Notes under the pieces: model-generated
Told to the model about the DNA's origin: nothing
The model's database searches: none
Seen by the model: only the letters and a program-made list of their open reading frames with translations
Source: an uncultured Rivularia sp.
GTDB taxonomy: Bacteria > Cyanobacteriota > Cyanobacteriia > Cyanobacteriales > Nostocaceae
Length of the DNA stretch: 64,000 nucleotides
Assembly (NCBI GenBank): GCA_963665115.1
Contig: OY762007.1
Location: 1,696,001 to 1,760,000, forward strand
Reading direction: 5' to 3'
Shown here: in pieces, positions 20,301 to 31,532 of the stretch
Layout of the letters: every line of letters starts with the position of its first letter
Position numbering within the stretch: position 1 is the stretch's first letter
Translations under genes and position numbers: made by a program

Positions 20301-21792
20301 ACCCGGAACCACAACCTTAGCCAGTTCCCAGAAATTATTAATCATCTGCTGACGGTCAACTTTTGCAGCCATTTCGTCAAAACCGTCAAAAATTAGCAGC
20401 AGCTTACCCATGCGGTTCAACTGGTCGAAGACATCGCTATTTATGCGGATATTATGCTGAGTAAAAAAGAACCCAGCCAAAACATTTTCTACATTCAAAG
20501 CTTTAGCAAAATCCCGCAATGTAATTACTACAGGTAAACGGGGACGCTCTAAACCTCTTTTTTGAGCATCTTTGTAGCGCTGTAATGCAGTCCAAGCATA
20601 GTGAAAAGCAAACCAGGTTTTACCAGTACCGAATTCACCCAATATAGAAATATGCTCCTTTGCGGGGGTCATCCAACCATAAATCAATATAGCCATCAAT
20701 CCAACCGTCTTCTTCTTCATAACGGCTTACACCTATGCGTCGTTTAGTAACTGGGTCAAGTTCTTCCTTAGTACAGGCTAAAGGTACATACTTAGTATCA
20801 ACCTTTCGGCGTTTAATTTCCGCTTCCAACCAATTAACATAACCGCTAAAATCAGCATCAAGGTCAATCAGTTCGTCAAAAGTATAGCAATCAAGAAAAC
20901 GGTTTTCTTCCTTCTTAACCTCATCCCGCGCTGCTCTAGAAATTCGACGAGTAGTTACCAACCAACCTTCATCAGTTTTTTGTTCCTGCACCGAAGAACG
21001 CAAAGCCATAACATCGCTAAGTCCGATTTCTCCAGCAATTCCACGTACTAAGATGCGGTCAAAACTACGTCTTACAGGAATGTTAATGATAAATTCAAAA
21101 TACTCTTCTGCCCAAACTTCATGATTTTCAAAGCTATAACCTAAAGTTTCAAACCAACCGCGCATTTGTTGAGCTAATGCTATGGCTCTGCATTGATTTT
21201 CAGACGTTACCTGTAACGTCTCTACATTCTTGTCGGGTAATGCTGGATAATTCTGTGCTGCTAATCGTGCAATTTCTGTACGAATACCTTCTAAAGTCGG
21301 CATTCTATCAAGCTGCTCTTGAATATTTTTGATACTTGTATGTAAAGAACCAATTTGCTGGCTCATCATCGTATCTGCTGGGTTGCGGGTAAGTCTAACG
21401 ACTTGCGAAAACACGATGTAAAACGCTGCAATTTCCCGCTTGATATCAACTCTCAAACTTTTGATTTCATCACCCAAAGCATAAGCATCGACAAAAGCAT
21501 CTACCTCAGACAGCAATATTGAAGGGTTATTGTGGTCAAATGCTTTGCGAAACGCTGCTTTAATTTCTTGTTGACGAAACAACTCAAGAATGGGCTGTGG
21601 CTTACCAACACCATATTCTACAAGAGTATAAGCATATACCCCGCTAAAATCTCCCGGTGGATGCTCTGGGTCAATTTTAAACTGCTTAAGTAATTTAATT
21701 ACAGTTTCATTACGCTGAACCTTTTCTTTAATCACAGGTTGAGCGATGCCACTAATTGCTTTAAACAGCAAATCCAGATTAATTAGGCTCAT
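17327..21792 (-). pseudogene. NACHT NTPase + pentapeptide + WD40-repeat protein (~1490 aa), split by two +1 frameshifts (real or assembly error)
   Basis: GEFGTGKT Walker A, LIFDGFDEM Walker B, many GH...WD repeats; extra base in homopolymer runs at 20664-20668 and 17676-17679. Confidence 0.88.
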
Positions 21793-23230
21793 GGAAAGAG
21801 ATTGCGGTAAACAAAGGGTGTTGTAACTGTCAGCAGTTATTACCATTAAAAATTATACACCGCAATATCTTGGTCTAACTTTATACTTTTTCAATGATTT
21901 ATTTAAGTGGATATAGAAATAAAACATACACCTTGAAATAATAGTACGCAATTACTAAATTGTTGACAATAATTACTTCCGAAATCGCAAAGATTTAGTA
22001 TAATATTTGCGCCATCTTCCAAAAAGCAATGTAAGCGCGCATATCAAGTTAACCCACAACAAATAAACGCTACTCCCAACTCCGAATCAATCATGGGAGT
22101 GGTTGAACGCTTGACCTATCACTCCGAAGAGTCGGGTTATACGGTAGCGCGGTTACAGCGTCCAAGGGTATCGGAATTAACTACCATTACGGGCAGCTTT
22201 GCAGGTATTCAGCCCGGACAAACGCTTCAACTTAATGGTTTCTGGCGCGAACATCCCTGCGGACGGTTTGCAATTTCAAGTTACCAACTACAAGGAAACT
22301 AAACCAGCAACAATCACGGGAATCGAAAAGTATTTAGGTAGCGGATTAATTAAAGGAGTTGGTCCGGTAACAGCAAAACGTATCGTTGCTCATTTCGGTA
22401 CAGAAACTCTCGATATTATTGACAATCAAATCGAGCGATTGCAAGAAGTGAATGGCATTGCGAAGAAACGTATTGCCATGATTCAGAAAGCTTGGAAGGA
22501 GCAACGAGCCATAAAAGAAGTGATGGTATTTCTTCAAAGTCATGGTGTCTCAACAACCTACGCGGTGAAGATTTACAAACATTACGGTGATTTGGCAATC
22601 AATAAAGTTAACGAAAATCCTTACCAGCTAGCAACCGATATTTATGGAATTGGGTTTCTCACTGCTGATAAAATTGCTCGTAATTTGGGGGTTCCTCCAG
22701 ATTCGGAATTTAGATATAAAGCTGGTATTATCCACGTTTTAAGCGAAGCAGCAGATTCAGGACATTGTTATTTACCGCAACCGGAGTTAATACAACAGCT
22801 TTGTGAAAAACTAAAAACTGACGAACATCAACCACAAGAGGATGGATTAACAAAAGTCATCAGCGATATGTCTCTCAGCGATGAATTAATTAGAGAACGT
22901 GATGCTGATAAAGTATTACTCTGCTACAAACCAACCTTCTTCCATACCGAACAAAACCTAGCGCAACTTATACTTTCTCGTTTGCATCAAACGATAAATA
23001 CAGATATACCTCGCGTTCATAATTGGTTGGAGCGTTTTAGCCAAAGCCGTAAAGTTTCATTATCAACGGAACAGCTACAAGCAGTTGAAACCGCAGCTTA
23101 CTCAAAAATCATGGTAATCACTGGTGGTCCCGGTGTCGGTAAAACGTTTTGTACCCGGACTATTGTTTCATTATGGAAAGCGATGGGTAAATCAATCGCT
23201 CTAGCTGCACCAACTGGACGAGCTGCACAG

Positions 23231-23719
23231 AATAATTCGTAATTCGTAATTCGTAATTCGTAATTAATTAAGATTACATTTAAAAACTGAATATGAGATA
23301 ATTATTAATAGTTAATTGACATTATAAAGATGATTCATAATATTAGTATAACTGACAGAACTAAAAAGTTTGCAGTTAGAATTATAAAAGCTTGTTGCTT
23401 CCTAGATGAAAAACCAGGAGTTAATCGAATAATATCAAGCCAATTACTTCGTTCTGGAACATCTATTGGTGCTAATGTTCGAGAAGCACAATCGGCACAG
23501 TCTGATAAAGATTTTCTTAGTAAACTAGAAATCGCATTGAAAGAAGCAAGGGAAACTCAGTACTGGTTGGAAATTATAATTGAATCTGAGTTAGTAGAGA
23601 AATCTAAGTTTGATTCTTTACTTCAAGAAGCTAATGAAATTGGCAAGATATTAGTTTCTTCTACTAAAAAACTTAAACAGAAATAATTACGAATTACGAA
23701 TTACGAATTACGAATTATT
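23231..23719. mobile_element. Four-helix-bundle cassette with perfect 36-bp inverted heptamer arms
   Basis: AATAATT(CGTAATT)4A at 23231-23266 and its exact reverse complement at 23684-23719. Confidence 0.8.
23330..23686 (+). CDS. Four-helix bundle protein (23S rRNA IVP family)
   Basis: QLLRSGTSIGANVREAQ and DFLSKLEIALKEARETQYW motifs. Confidence 0.93.
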   Translation: MIHNISITDRTKKFAVRIIKACCFLDEKPGVNRIISSQLLRSGTSIGANVREAQSAQSDKDFLSKLEIALKEARETQYWLEIIIESELVEKSKFDSLLQEANEIGKILVSSTKKLKQK

Positions 23720-24234
23720 TTGGTATGCTTGATTTATTTTTGGCATATTCATTATTTGAAGCGGTAGCGGATGATACGCAACTTCTCCTTGTTGGGGATA
23801 TAGATCAGCTGCCGTCAGTCGGTGCTGGTAACGTTTTGGCAGATTTAATTCATTCGGGTAAAGTTCCGGTAGTACGGCTCACCCAAGTCTTTCGTCAAGC
23901 TGCAAGTAGTAAAATTATTACCGCATCTCACCAAATAAATCGCGGACAATATCCTTTGATTGAAACAATTTCCGATACCCCCGAATCGGATTGTTTGTGG
24001 CATGGAGGAGGTTTTCAGCCGGAGCATGGGGTACAAGCAATTAGCGAGTTAATCACAGATTTAATTCCCAGACTTGGTTTTAATCCTGTGACTGATGTAC
24101 AAGTACTCGCACCAATGACGAGAGGTTTGGTTGGTACGCGCAATCTTAACAACGTACTGCAAAAACTCATTAATCCTCCTAGTCCCCAGAAGATAGAAGT
24201 AACAAGGGGTGGGATAATTTTTCGAGTTGGCGAT

Positions 24235-24262
24235 ACACCCGGAGGGTGTCGGCTTCGCCTAT
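24235..24262. mobile_element. 28-nt double-hairpin insertion into a HIP1 site (SDR5-like)
   Basis: GCGAT|ACACCCGGAGGGTGTCGGCTTCGCCTAT|CGC; removal restores GCGATCGC and the reading V-G-D-R-V-I-Q. Confidence 0.8.
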
Positions 24263-24757
24263 CGCGTTATTCAATTAACTAACGATTACCACCGGGAAGT
24301 TTTTAATGGGGATATGGGTTTTATTATTCATATTGACACTGAGGAACAGGAAGTTATCGTAAAATTTCAAGAACGTGATGTGATTTACGATTATGCCGAT
24401 TTAAACGAACTGGCCGTCTTCTTGGAGCGTTAGCATTCACAAATCCCAGGGTTCGGAATATCCGGTTGTATTTTTGCCACTATACTCGCAACATTTCGTA
24501 ATGTTGAGCAGGAATTTATTGTATACCGGCTTAACTCGTGCAAAGAAGTTAGCGATTATTATTGGTAGTAAGAAAGCGATAGGTATGTGCGTTCGTTCTA
24601 GAAAATCTCAGGAGCGATATACGCAGTTGAAGGAAAGGTTGATGAAAGTTTCTTGTATTCTAAATTAATTAACTAAAAGCTTTATTACAAAATTAAGATA
24701 ATAGGTTTTTAGACGTTAGATAATATCTACGACGGATATTTAAAGGAGATATTTAAC

Positions 24758-25551
24758 ATGGCTGCATCAACAAACTCATCTCCCGTTGATAAATTGATAA
24801 ACTATGGCGACATAAGCGAAATGGAAGCAACTCCCGATTATGTCAAAGAATTTGGCTTTAGTGCAGAACATATCCCCGAACTCATAAGTATGGCAGGTGA
24901 TAAAGAGTTAAACTTTGGGGATGTTGACAGCTTGGAAGTATGGGCACCAGTTCATGCTGTGCGCGCATTAGGTCAATTACGCGCCGAAGAAGCAATTGAA
25001 CCTTTAACTAATTTAATTCACGAACTTGATGATGATTGGATGAGTACAGAACTATCCAATTTCTTTGCTGAGATAGGACATAATGCAATTCCTGCACTCC
25101 AAAAGTATATAGGAGACTCTTCCCATGAAAGCTATGAACGTGCGGATGCTGCAATGTCTTTGACTCAAATCGTCGAGAAGCATCCAGAACTCCGCAATAA
25201 GTGTGTAACAATTTTAACAGGCGAATTAGAAATTTTGCAGATAATGACCCAGATTTAAACGCTTGTTTGGTTGGGGAACTGATTGATTTAAATGCAGTAG
25301 AGTCTGCACCCGTAATTGAACGTGCGTTTGCTGCGAATCAAGTTATACCTTATTTAGTGGGAGATTGGGGTGAAGTACAGGTATCTTTGGGGCTAAAAAC
25401 AAGAGAAGAAGTTCCAATACGTAGATTTTCGCCCCAAGAAATATTTGAGTACTACGGGTACAAAACGAAAGCACAAAAACCACTTGGCTTTGCTACTAAT
25501 TTAACAACAAAACAGAAGAAGAAAAATAAGAAAAGTAAAAAGCATAAGTAG
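24758..25551 (+). pseudogene. DUF1186/HEAT-like repeat protein with one frameshift near 25230
   Basis: WAPVHAVRALGQLRAEEAI motif; two overlapping ORFs that join if one A is added. Confidence 0.7.
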
Positions 25552-26141
25552 ATGCTTTACACATCAAATTTTTAACAATTTATTATTAATTGATAAATGC
25601 ATTGGGTACAAATTACTTTACAATCCCAATGCAAGAAAAATCATTAATACATTTATCCCATTACTCAATATAATTAATTACTCCCGGTTCGCTCATTTTT
25701 TTTCGAGTTCAGAGATATTGCCTAAAATCGAAAAATCTATACACCGCAATAGTTTTCGCGATTTACCTAAATTTATCTTGAACTAACACTCTGCTCAAAA
25801 AACCCTACTTTATATGCGATCGCCCAAAGTCAGGAAGAAAGTACATTTGAATCATAGCCTGGAACCCTGATTAAATCGTTCAGCTTTCTTCTAACTCGAT
25901 TTTAAATGGGCGAACGGTGAGTAATTAGGTATAATCCGCAGAAATATTCAAAAATATACCTGGAGCAGAGAAAAATACTTCTATCATTACAAGCAAGTTA
26001 TCGATTTGAGAAGTTTATTATACTGGTCTACAAAATCATAAAACGTAGTTAGATTTATTATAACTAGTAGATAAACAAAATATTTAATATAAATACAAAA
26101 TTAGCTGTTGCTGAGGGTGAAAAATCAATGAGAAGAAAGTA

Positions 26142-26456
26142 ATGGAAAGCAACATAGAGGTTTATCGTTCAACAACCATCAAATTATTAGATAGTACTTT
26201 CTTGAATACCTTTATTTTGTCTGGTTTCGTTGAACTTGTAATTTGTTATGCTGATAACGAAAAATTTACAATTGAATTTCATCCCAATCAGATACCTATT
26301 TTAGAAAAGTTGTTGAACAATCTTCGCAGCGTTACGGAACAACAAATAAATCAAAAAATAGAAACTTTGCAATGGGAACTAGAAGAAATGAAAAGTTGTG
26401 ATTGTCAAATCCAAGCATCAGAATTTTTGCAAAACGGTAACAGTGTAAAACAATAA
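26142..26456 (+). CDS. Hypothetical protein
   Basis: ORF track; same orientation as ardA. Confidence 0.55.
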   Translation: MESNIEVYRSTTIKLLDSTFLNTFILSGFVELVICYADNEKFTIEFHPNQIPILEKLLNNLRSVTEQQINQKIETLQWELEEMKSCDCQIQASEFLQNGNSVKQ

Positions 26457-26531
26457 ATAATAGCTGATTTTTAACACATGGGGCAAGTCTTAAAACTGCC
26501 CTTTCACTTCATTCAATAAAAATATTTTACA

Positions 26532-27272
26532 ATGAATATAATATTTGATTCAGAAATAGACGCTGTATCTGTAGCAGAACAGCTTTACAATGTTGAACGT
26601 TTGGATAATATTTTATTTATTCAAAATATTGATTTGAGAGCTTTAAATTTAGCTATTGCTTTAGCTCAGGTAAAAGTTGTTAAAAGAAATGCTAGTTTAA
26701 GATGTATGTTGCCATTTCCTAGTGAAGAAAGGGAATGTGCAGATGAAGAAACACCCAAAATTTATGTAGCTTGTCTGAGTGCTTATAATGCTGGGTATTT
26801 ACATGGCTTGTGGATTGATGGCACTCAACAACCAGAAGATATCGAAGACGATATTAAATGGATGCTTTCATGGTCTCCAGTTGCAGATACAGAATCTTGC
26901 GACGAATGGGCAATACATGATTACGAATGTTGGGAAGGAATACAGCTTAGTGAATACGAAGATATAGAAAAAGTTTCAGAATTAGCACAACTACTTGAAG
27001 AACACGGTAAAGCTTACGCAGTTTACTATCAGCACTATGGAGATAATTATGCTACAGAAGAAGATTTTAAAGACCGTTATTTAGGTGAATACGAAGACGA
27101 AAAAGATTTTGTTTACCAGATGTGGGAAGAGTGCGGAAAGATTCAACAGCTTGAAGAATTAAATATTCCCACGTTCTACATCGATTGGAAAGCAATTGCA
27201 CGAGACTGGTTTATAGATTCATATTTTTCAATTGAAGTCGGGCTTAGAAAAATCTACGTTTTTAATCGTTAA
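26532..27272 (+). CDS. ardA: Antirestriction protein ArdA
   Basis: IYVACLSAYNAGYLHGLWID, EWAIHDYE and YIDWKAIARD motifs; very acidic. Confidence 0.92.
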   Translation: MNIIFDSEIDAVSVAEQLYNVERLDNILFIQNIDLRALNLAIALAQVKVVKRNASLRCMLPFPSEERECADEETPKIYVACLSAYNAGYLHGLWIDGTQQPEDIEDDIKWMLSWSPVADTESCDEWAIHDYECWEGIQLSEYEDIEKVSELAQLLEEHGKAYAVYYQHYGDNYATEEDFKDRYLGEYEDEKDFVYQMWEECGKIQQLEELNIPTFYIDWKAIARDWFIDSYFSIEVGLRKIYVFNR

Positions 27273-27408
27273 AAAAGCGGGCTGAAGTAAGTCAAACAAC
27301 TCTACTTAAAAATTTACACATTAACTACCCACACATTTTCTCAAATTACTATAATTACTTTGTGCGAACTATCACTGATAAACAATAAGCCTTACTTCTT
27401 TCGTCAAC

Positions 27409-28224
27409 ATGAAAAAAGATTGGAGAAATGTAGAAAAAACCTTTCTTGAATTAGGAATTGACTACGAACTCAAGGATTGGCTTTACTGGTGCAAGGTAAA
27501 CGATCGGGAATTCTACTATTCTCCTCAAAAAGGAAAATGGAAACTAAAAGGAAGTAGAGCTTGGCAACAAAGTGAAAGTACGGTTGATTTCATTAATCAA
27601 GCAAAAAATTATTCACCACCAGATAGAACCAAATACCAACAAAAGAAAACATCTAAGAAGTCGAACTCTAACAATCGCAAGAAGAAACAGAGTACTCGCA
27701 CTAAGAACCAAACAGGAAATAATTATGATCTGCGTGAAAAGTTTCTCTACCGATTTGAGCAACATCTTATGATTCAAAGGGAGCGTAATTATAAAGTTGG
27801 TTGGATTTGGCGCTCTTTGATGAGCAGTTTCAAACTAACAGTAGCAGAAATTTGTTGGATGTCAGTTGTTTTCGACTATTCCCCTTGGTGGGCTTACTAC
27901 CAAATTAAGAATCTTGGTATTCATATAAGCCACGAAGAAGTTTTCAGAATCATTGATTCCAATCGAAACCATTGGCTAAGATATTTTAAAAGCCGTTGGG
28001 GTGGTTGGAATGAAGAACAATCTAATAATTCCAACAAATCGACTAACAAAACTTTACCCCATAAATATCATCTCGAAGTATTACAATTGAGCTTCCCTTT
28101 TACAAAAGAAGAACTTAAAAGCGCATACAGAATAAAATCATTAGAAACTCATCCAGATACTGGGGGCACTGCTGAAGCTTTCAGAAGAGTACATGATGCT
28201 TACCAAATTTTATCAAAAATATAA
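27409..28224 (+). CDS. Protein with a C-terminal J domain
   Basis: LKSAYR...THPDTGGTAEAFRRVHDAY. Confidence 0.85.
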   Translation: MKKDWRNVEKTFLELGIDYELKDWLYWCKVNDREFYYSPQKGKWKLKGSRAWQQSESTVDFINQAKNYSPPDRTKYQQKKTSKKSNSNNRKKKQSTRTKNQTGNNYDLREKFLYRFEQHLMIQRERNYKVGWIWRSLMSSFKLTVAEICWMSVVFDYSPWWAYYQIKNLGIHISHEEVFRIIDSNRNHWLRYFKSRWGGWNEEQSNNSNKSTNKTLPHKYHLEVLQLSFPFTKEELKSAYRIKSLETHPDTGGTAEAFRRVHDAYQILSKI

Positions 28225-28288
28225 TTTGATAGAAATTTCAAGAAGCCTAAATTAGCACTAGCCGACGGTTGTAAAAACAATCTAAGCG

Positions 28289-28651
28289 GTGCATATCATG
28301 GGTTATGTTTACCTGTTACATTTCTCCCATCCCATCGGCAACCTAAAGAATCCGAAAGGAACTGCTCAACATTATTTGGGTTATACCAGCAGAAGTCTAA
28401 AAAAGCGTTTAGAAGAACACCAAAAAGGTGTAGGTGCAAAAATAACCCGTGCTGTTGTGCAAGATTATAAGTATAAATTGCAACTGGTTCGTCACTGGTC
28501 AAAATGTAATCGCGAATTAGAAAAACAATTAAAGCAGCGTCATAATTCAGTTAGCTTATGCCCGCTTTGTAAGCCGAGAAAAACTAATTACAAAAATTTA
28601 AAAATCAATCCTAACGTCATGTGCTTCGCACTAAAAAAGGTGAATAAATAA
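28289..28651 (+). CDS. GIY-YIG-like nuclease
   Basis: GYVYLLHF...HYLGYT..LKKRLEEH. Confidence 0.75.
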   Translation: MHIMGYVYLLHFSHPIGNLKNPKGTAQHYLGYTSRSLKKRLEEHQKGVGAKITRAVVQDYKYKLQLVRHWSKCNRELEKQLKQRHNSVSLCPLCKPRKTNYKNLKINPNVMCFALKKVNK

Positions 28652-28709
28652 CTCTTTAATTGAATTATTAAAGGGTGCAGATAATCTTGAATACTATATC
28701 GCTTCAATC

Positions 28710-28961
28710 ATGCTTAACATCAAACAAAATCGCCAATTAGGTCAACAAACATCTGCTCGAAAAGAAACAATTCAATACTACTACCGCGTTGCAGCATTAT
28801 GGTATGAAACTAAATCCCAAGCTATAAATCTACTTGATTGGAAACAATTATGGTCAGAAGCTAAAGAAGATGGAGAATTGCAACAATTTCTGATTGCTCC
28901 TGGATACCGCAACGAATACCAAAATCCTTATGCTGATAATGAAGGCGATTACCTTCGGTAG
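28710..28961 (+). CDS. Hypothetical protein
   Basis: ORF track; same orientation as neighbours. Confidence 0.45.
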   Translation: MLNIKQNRQLGQQTSARKETIQYYYRVAALWYETKSQAINLLDWKQLWSEAKEDGELQQFLIAPGYRNEYQNPYADNEGDYLR

Positions 28962-29003
28962 AGCTTCGCTTAACGCCGAGGTTATACACCACCAGAGTAC
29001 GAC

Positions 29004-29201
29004 ATGAAATCCTACTACAGTTGGCAGCATCAGCGTTTAACTGAAATATTTGCATCTGGTGTTGGCGATATCTCCATGATTGACAAACAAAATCCCGACG
29101 AGAAGCAGCTTCAAAATATCCATAAGAATCTTCGGAATTATATAGTCGAGCAATTGGATATTTTGCTGTTGGAAACCAGAACACCAACATCGACTAATTG
29201 A
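29004..29201 (+). CDS. Hypothetical protein
   Basis: ORF track. Confidence 0.4.
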   Translation: MKSYYSWQHQRLTEIFASGVGDISMIDKQNPDEKQLQNIHKNLRNYIVEQLDILLLETRTPTSTN

Positions 29202-29304
29202 AATCAAATGCAACCTAACTTCTGATGAAATTGAAGAATGGATTGAACTGGATTCCGAAGATTATTTAAGTACCGAGGAACAAGAATATCGTAACGAACT
29301 TCGG

Positions 29305-29631
29305 GTGAAAATAATCTACGCTTTGACTGAATTACTAATAGTACTAAACAAGGAACGAATGAATAAGCGCAACGAGTTGAAACGACTCGAACAACAAGAA
29401 GACGTTGAACTGGTTAACCTCAAGCACGCTGAAACCTTAATGGCACGTAATACGGTATCTCAAGAACTGAGTGACGCTGATTTAAGAAAAGTAGTTAGTT
29501 CTCGTACTAGCAAACTGGAGGAAGCGAAAGCTTGGGCTGAAGAACATGGTTACGATTGGGAAGGTAAAGACAGCGATATCGAAAATGTTTCTGTTGTTGA
29601 GCAAAGCTTTTCCGAATGCTGTTCTAATTAA
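29305..29631 (+). CDS. Hypothetical protein (frame stays open upstream of the called start)
   Basis: ORF track; followed by a terminator. Confidence 0.5.
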   Translation: MKIIYALTELLIVLNKERMNKRNELKRLEQQEDVELVNLKHAETLMARNTVSQELSDADLRKVVSSRTSKLEEAKAWAEEHGYDWEGKDSDIENVSVVEQSFSECCSN

Positions 29632-29647
29632 TTAGAAAAATAATAAT

Positions 29648-29683
29648 AAGGCTGGGTTCCCTTAACTCAGCTTTATTTTTTTT
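29648..29683 (+). terminator. Intrinsic terminator
   Basis: GCTGGGTT/AACTCAGC stem followed by a T run. Confidence 0.6.
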
Positions 29684-29725
29684 CAGTAAATTGTGTTGCT
29701 TCTAATTTTATAGCTGAGGATAAGT

Positions 29726-29956
29726 ATGAAAACTCCTATTTGTGCAAACTTTATTTTACAAAGTGCAGATAGTGATGACACAGTTTTTATAGTTACTACT
29801 ATAGAATAAAATATTGCCATAGTTGAAGTTCAAGATGGAGTTGAGAATTTATTAGGAGTACTTGAACTAACAATTGAGCAAGGACGGGTGATAGCTAAAA
29901 TTATAAGAGTAGGTTATCAAGAAAAACCTATAAAAATTCAATTGTGTACTCTTTAA
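29726..29956 (+). pseudogene. Small hypothetical gene with an internal TAA at 29807
   Basis: GAGG SD; MKTPICANFILQS...TTIE*NIAIVEVQDG... continues in frame. Confidence 0.55.
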
Positions 29957-30198
29957 TGAAAGCAGTGCTAAGGATGAAAACCATTATTAAATACCATAAA
30001 ATCATGAAAGTTAATTCTGAGTTAAATCCAAATCAAATTTCTGAATGTAGTGATAAATTAGAGGAAATATTAGAAGCTCATGGAATGGATATCTTCTGCG
30101 AAGCTGTGACAGAATTATTTAATTATCATCCATTAACTAAACCTACTGCTTATAGCTCGAAAACTTGGGTAGTTATGATGTTACCGGCGGGATTTTGA
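29944..30198 (+). CDS. Hypothetical protein
   Basis: ORF track. Confidence 0.4.
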   Translation: MYSLMKAVLRMKTIIKYHKIMKVNSELNPNQISECSDKLEEILEAHGMDIFCEAVTELFNYHPLTKPTAYSSKTWVVMMLPAGF

Positions 30199-30307
30199 AC
30201 CAGATTCTATTGTAGGGATAGATAATCTTATGTTGACAGCGACCGATTTTTGAGTTTAATAAGTGTTACAATCATAGGCAATAAAAAAAAACTATAATGC
30301 CTACATT

Positions 30308-30589
30308 ATGCAACCTCAACAACCGCAATATAGTAAAGAAGAATTTGCAAGACTAGGTGATGAGATTTATTATCGCGATATTTATCCCCAACTTCAACCA
30401 GATAGTGTTAATAAAATAGTCGCTGTTGACATTGTTACAGGTGCATGGGAGGTAGATTTTGATGAGATTGCAGCTTCTAGTCGTCTCGAAAAACGTTATC
30501 CAGATGCGCAGATTTGGATTGTACGAGTTGGTTCTCGCTATGTTCGTCGATTTGGTGCAAGTCGTAGTCGAAAAGCAAAAATGGCATGA
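30308..30589 (+). CDS. Small protein coupled to the aspartic protease gene (DUF5678-like)
   Basis: KIVAVDIVTGAWEVD...RYPDAQIWIVRVG; ATGA overlap with the next gene. Confidence 0.7.
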   Translation: MQPQQPQYSKEEFARLGDEIYYRDIYPQLQPDSVNKIVAVDIVTGAWEVDFDEIAASSRLEKRYPDAQIWIVRVGSRYVRRFGASRSRKAKMA

Positions 30590-30960
30590 TTATTGGACAA
30601 GTGAATTCGGACTATGAGCCAATTATTTGTGTTGCAATTCATGATTCTAAGGGAAAGATATACGAGCGAGATGCAGTTATAGACACAGGTTTTGATGGTT
30701 GGCTTTCCTTGCCTCCAGATATTATTAATGAACTAGGGCTTAATTGGAAAAGACGCGGACGAGCATTATTGTCAGACGGTAGCGAAAGTATTTTTGATAT
30801 TTATGAAGCAACGGTACTTTGGGATGAGCAACTTTTAACAATTCCTATTGATGAAGCAGACTCAGATCCACTTGTTGGAATGTCGTTGATGGAAGGTTAC
30901 GAATTAAATATAGAGGTGATTAATGGAGGTATAGTAAGGCTGGTGAAGCTCAACTTTTGA
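30586..30960 (+). CDS. Clan AA aspartic protease (retropepsin-like)
   Basis: AVIDTGF and PLVGMSLM motifs. Confidence 0.88.
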   Translation: MIIGQVNSDYEPIICVAIHDSKGKIYERDAVIDTGFDGWLSLPPDIINELGLNWKRRGRALLSDGSESIFDIYEATVLWDEQLLTIPIDEADSDPLVGMSLMEGYELNIEVINGGIVRLVKLNF

Positions 30961-31106
30961 TATGGTAATTATTATTACTTAACAAAAACAAGGAAGAAGC
31001 AATTGTATTAATATTTATCTGCATGAGAGTTAGGTAGATAATAGAGTTTTTATAGTTGAAAAGGTAAAAAAATTAAATATAGAGCAAGCCGGGTTGAAAA
31101 ATAACG

Positions 31107-31475
31107 GTGAGAAACATGACAAATCAAACCGAGAAAAACTCAACTGCTCAAATTCGCGCTCTCAACGATAAATTTCGTCAAACATTTGATAATAAACTGG
31201 GAAAAGTAATCATTACACACGGAGTCGGTTGTTTAAATACAAATCAGCTACAAAAATTACTTCAAGCGGTAAAGCAATTTAGCGATTTTAATAAAGATAA
31301 CGACCCTTGGAAAGAACATGATATGGGTAAAATAGAGTTATTTGATGAAAAGTTTTACTTTAAGATAGATTACTTTGACCGACAAAAATATCAACAAGGT
31401 ATTGGTTCAGAGGAACCATACAACGTTGATAAAACATTTCGAGTAATGACCATTATGCTTGCAAGCGAGTACTAA
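31107..31475 (+). CDS. DUF3768 family protein
   Basis: IRALNDKFR, DNDPWKEHDMG, FKIDY and RVMTIMLASEY motifs. Confidence 0.85.
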   Translation: MRNMTNQTEKNSTAQIRALNDKFRQTFDNKLGKVIITHGVGCLNTNQLQKLLQAVKQFSDFNKDNDPWKEHDMGKIELFDEKFYFKIDYFDRQKYQQGIGSEEPYNVDKTFRVMTIMLASEY

Positions 31476-31481
31476 TTTAAG

Positions 31482-31518
31482 AAGAGACGCTTGTGGTAAT
31501 TTTCCATAAGCGTCTCTT
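31482..31518. terminator. Hairpin between convergent genes, probably a bidirectional terminator
   Basis: AAGAGACGCTTGTGG/CCATAAGCGTCTCTT. Confidence 0.7.
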
Positions 31519-31532
31519 AAAATATAAACAAA

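Larger units (their letters stand above)
22093..24668 (+). pseudogene. recD2: RecD2/TraA-like SF1B helicase, interrupted
   Basis: YLGSGLIKGVGP, GGPGVGKT, APTGRAA, VGDIDQLPSVG and HKSQGSEY motifs; frameshifts near 22257, 24235 and 24415; cassette inserted at 23231-23719. Confidence 0.9.
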
